The notes below the pieces were generated by a model, which had not been told where the DNA came from, searched no databases, and saw nothing but the letters and a program-made list of their open reading frames with translations. A DNA stretch of 64,000 bases, taken from the human T2T-CHM13v2.0 reference genome, Homo sapiens. Positions 61,701 through 64,000 of this stretch are shown here, one piece after another (the stretch's first letter is position 1; every line of letters begins with the position of its first letter). The position numbers were made by a program, and so were the translations under genes. The stretch is taken from NCBI RefSeq assembly GCF_009914755.1, contig NC_060948.1; one strand, given 5' to 3'.

Positions 61701-64000
61701 ATGGACTGGAGTGAAATGGACTGGAAATGAATGGACTCAAATTGAAAGGGCTCGAAAGGAATGGAGTCAAAAGGAATGGTCTGGAATGGAATGAACACGA
61801 ATGTAATGCAATCCAATAGAATGGAATCGAATGGCATGGAATATAAAGAAATGGAATCGAAGAGAATGGAAACAAATGGAATGGAATTGAATGGAATGGA
61901 ATTGAATGGAATGGGAACGAATGGAGTGAAATTGTATGCAGTAGAAGAGAATAGAATGGAATGCAAGCGAAAGGAAAGGAATGGATTGGAATGGAATGGA
62001 ATTCATTGGAATGGAAGGGAATGTAGTGTAATGGACAGGCCTGGAATAAAGTGGAATGCTACGGTCTCAAATGGAATAAAAATGTATGGAATGGAATGCA
62101 ATGAAACGGAATCGAATGTCATAGAATGTAATGGAATGCAAAAAAATGGAATCCAAAATCATTGACTGGAAAGGCTGGGTGTCGAAAGGAATTGACTCCA
62201 ATGGAATGGAATCGAATGGAATGGAAGTGAATAGAATCGAACTAAATCGAATGGAATGGAACTGATAGGAACGGAATGGAAAGGAATGCAATGATTTGGC
62301 ATGGAATGGAATCGAATGGCATCGAATGGAATGGAATGGAATGCAATGGAATGGAATGTATTAGAATGTAATGAACTTTAATGGAATGTACTCGAAAGGA
62401 TTTGACTGGAATGGAATCTTCTGGAAGTGAATGGACTCCAATGGAATGGATTCGAAAGGAATGGAATCGTACGGAATGGAATCTAATGGAATGGAATTAA
62501 ATGGAAATGAATCAAATTGAATAGCACGGAATTGAATTGAATGTAATGGAATGCAATGGAATCTAATGAAACGGAAAGGAAAGGAATGCAATGGAATGGA
62601 ATGGGCTGGAATGGAAAGGAATCGAAACGAATGGAATGGAATCGAACTGAAGAGACTGGAATGGAATGCACTGGAATGGAAGGGAGTGTAATGGAAGGTT
62701 CTCGAAAAAAATGGAATCGAATGGAATGGAATTGAGTGGAACGGAATAGAGTCGAATGCAGTTGAATGGAGTGGAATGGACTAGAGTGAAATGGAATCGA
62801 ACCACAAGGAATGGACAGGAATAGAATGGTCTCGAATTGAATGGAATCGTATGGAATGGCATCAAACGGAATGGAATGGACAGCCACGGAATGGAATGCA
62901 CTCGAATGCAATGGAGTCGACACTAATGGACTGGAATAGAATGGACTCGACTGGTACGGACTCCAATGGAATGGAATCGAATGGAAGGGAATCGAACGGA
63001 ATGGACTCGAAGGGAAAAGACTGCAATGGAACGGTCTCGAATGGAATGGAAATTAATGGAATGGAATAGAATCGAATGAAATGGAGTCAAAAGGAATGGA
63101 ATCGAATGGCAAGAAATCGAATGTAATGGAATCGCAAGGAATTGATGTGAACGGAACGGAATGGAATGGAATCCAAAGGAATGGAATAGAATGGAATGGA
63201 ATCGAATGGAAAGGACTCGAATGGAAATCACTCGAATAGAATGCAATTTAATAAAATAGGATCAAATGTAATGGAATGGAATGGAAAGGAATCGAAACGA
63301 AAGGAATGGAGACAGATGGAATGGAATGGAACAGATAGCAATGGTATACAATGGAATGGAATCATCTGGAATGGAATTGAATGGAATGGAATAATATGAA
63401 ATGGAATGGAATGGAATGGAATGGAATGCCCTTGAATTAAATGGACTGGACTCGAACAGAGTGGAATGGAAAGTGTTGAGATAGAATGGAATGGACTCCT
63501 TTGGAATGGTCTAGTATGCAATGCAATCGACTGGCAGGGAATCAAAAGGAATGTAATGGAATGGATTGGACTGGAATGCAATGGACTCGAATAGATTGGA
63601 AACGGAATGCAAAGGAATGGAATGGAATAGTATGGAATGGAATGGAAAGGAATGGAGTGGAATAGACTAGAGTGGAATGGAATGGACTGGAAAGCAATGG
63701 ACTGGAATGAAACTTTCTTGAATGGACTGGAATCAAACGGAATGGAATGCAATGCAATCAAATGGCATGGAATAAGATAGAATGAAAGAGAATCAAATGG
63801 AATTGAATCGAATGGAATCGAATGGATTGGAAAGGAAGAGAATGGAATGGAATGGAATTGACTCAAATGGAATGGACTAGAATGGAATGGATTCGAATGG
63901 AAGGCAAAGGAATGGAATCTATTGGAATGGACTGTAATGGAATGGAATGGAAGGGATTGGAATGGACTCAAATGGAATGGACTGCAATAGAAAGGATTCG
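28953..64000 (+). repeat. DYZ1: DYZ1 / HSat3 tandem array, ~10 copies of a ~3.5 kb unit of degenerate (GGAAT)n, with GGAAT on the + strand
   Basis: Continuous GGAAT-type pentamers. The marker TCTAGTATGC recurs at 28971, 31750, 35299, 38798, 42337, 45851, 49350, 52863, 56412, 59961 and 63510. One AGGCCT (HaeIII/StuI) site per full unit lies at 33821, 37345, 40869, 44383, 47897, 51410, 54924, 58473 and 62037, with spacings of 3513-3564. This fits the classical ~3.5 kb male-specific HaeIII repeat. Confidence 0.96.

Noticed and set aside
29003-63971. Hundreds of ORFs up to 275 aa rich in IPFHS or MEWNG
   Set aside because: These are the translations of (ATTCC)n and (GGAAT)n, which contain no stop codon. 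They overlap in several frames on both strands and carry no coding signal.
28953-64000. Classification as HSat2, telomeric repeat or alpha satellite, or presence of an internal inversion
   Set aside because: The sequence is pentamer-phased GGAAT with a ~3.5 kb period. It lacks the CATTCGATTC/ATGATG-type short HSat2 unit, TTAGGG arrays and 171 bp monomers, and I saw no strand switch anywhere in the window.

Overview
This window is entirely satellite DNA, and I can support no protein-coding or RNA gene in it. Its organisation matches human (hominid) Y-chromosome Yq12 heterochromatin at a DYZ2/DYZ1 block boundary; this assignment comes from recognising the repeat families, not from a database search. 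Bases 1-28952 are about 12 head-to-tail copies of the ~2.42 kb DYZ2 (HSat1B) composite unit: a minus-strand, 5'-clipped Alu (~292 bp), a ~570 bp HSATI-type block and a ~1.55 kb AT-rich low-complexity block. At 28952/28953 the sequence switches abruptly to about 10 copies of the ~3.5 kb DYZ1 (HSat3) unit, built from degenerate GGAAT pentamers. All ORFs in the track are repeat artefacts. I did not find a new gene system. The noteworthy signals are structural: a near-blunt junction, and diverged or deleted units on both sides of it. These include a 2779 bp first DYZ1 unit with a 680 bp deletion plus five small pentamer-multiple deletions. Other signals are a DYZ2 haplotype switch, overlapping recent DYZ1 duplications, a 28 kb haplotype recurrence, and an Alu with mixed subfamily diagnostics.
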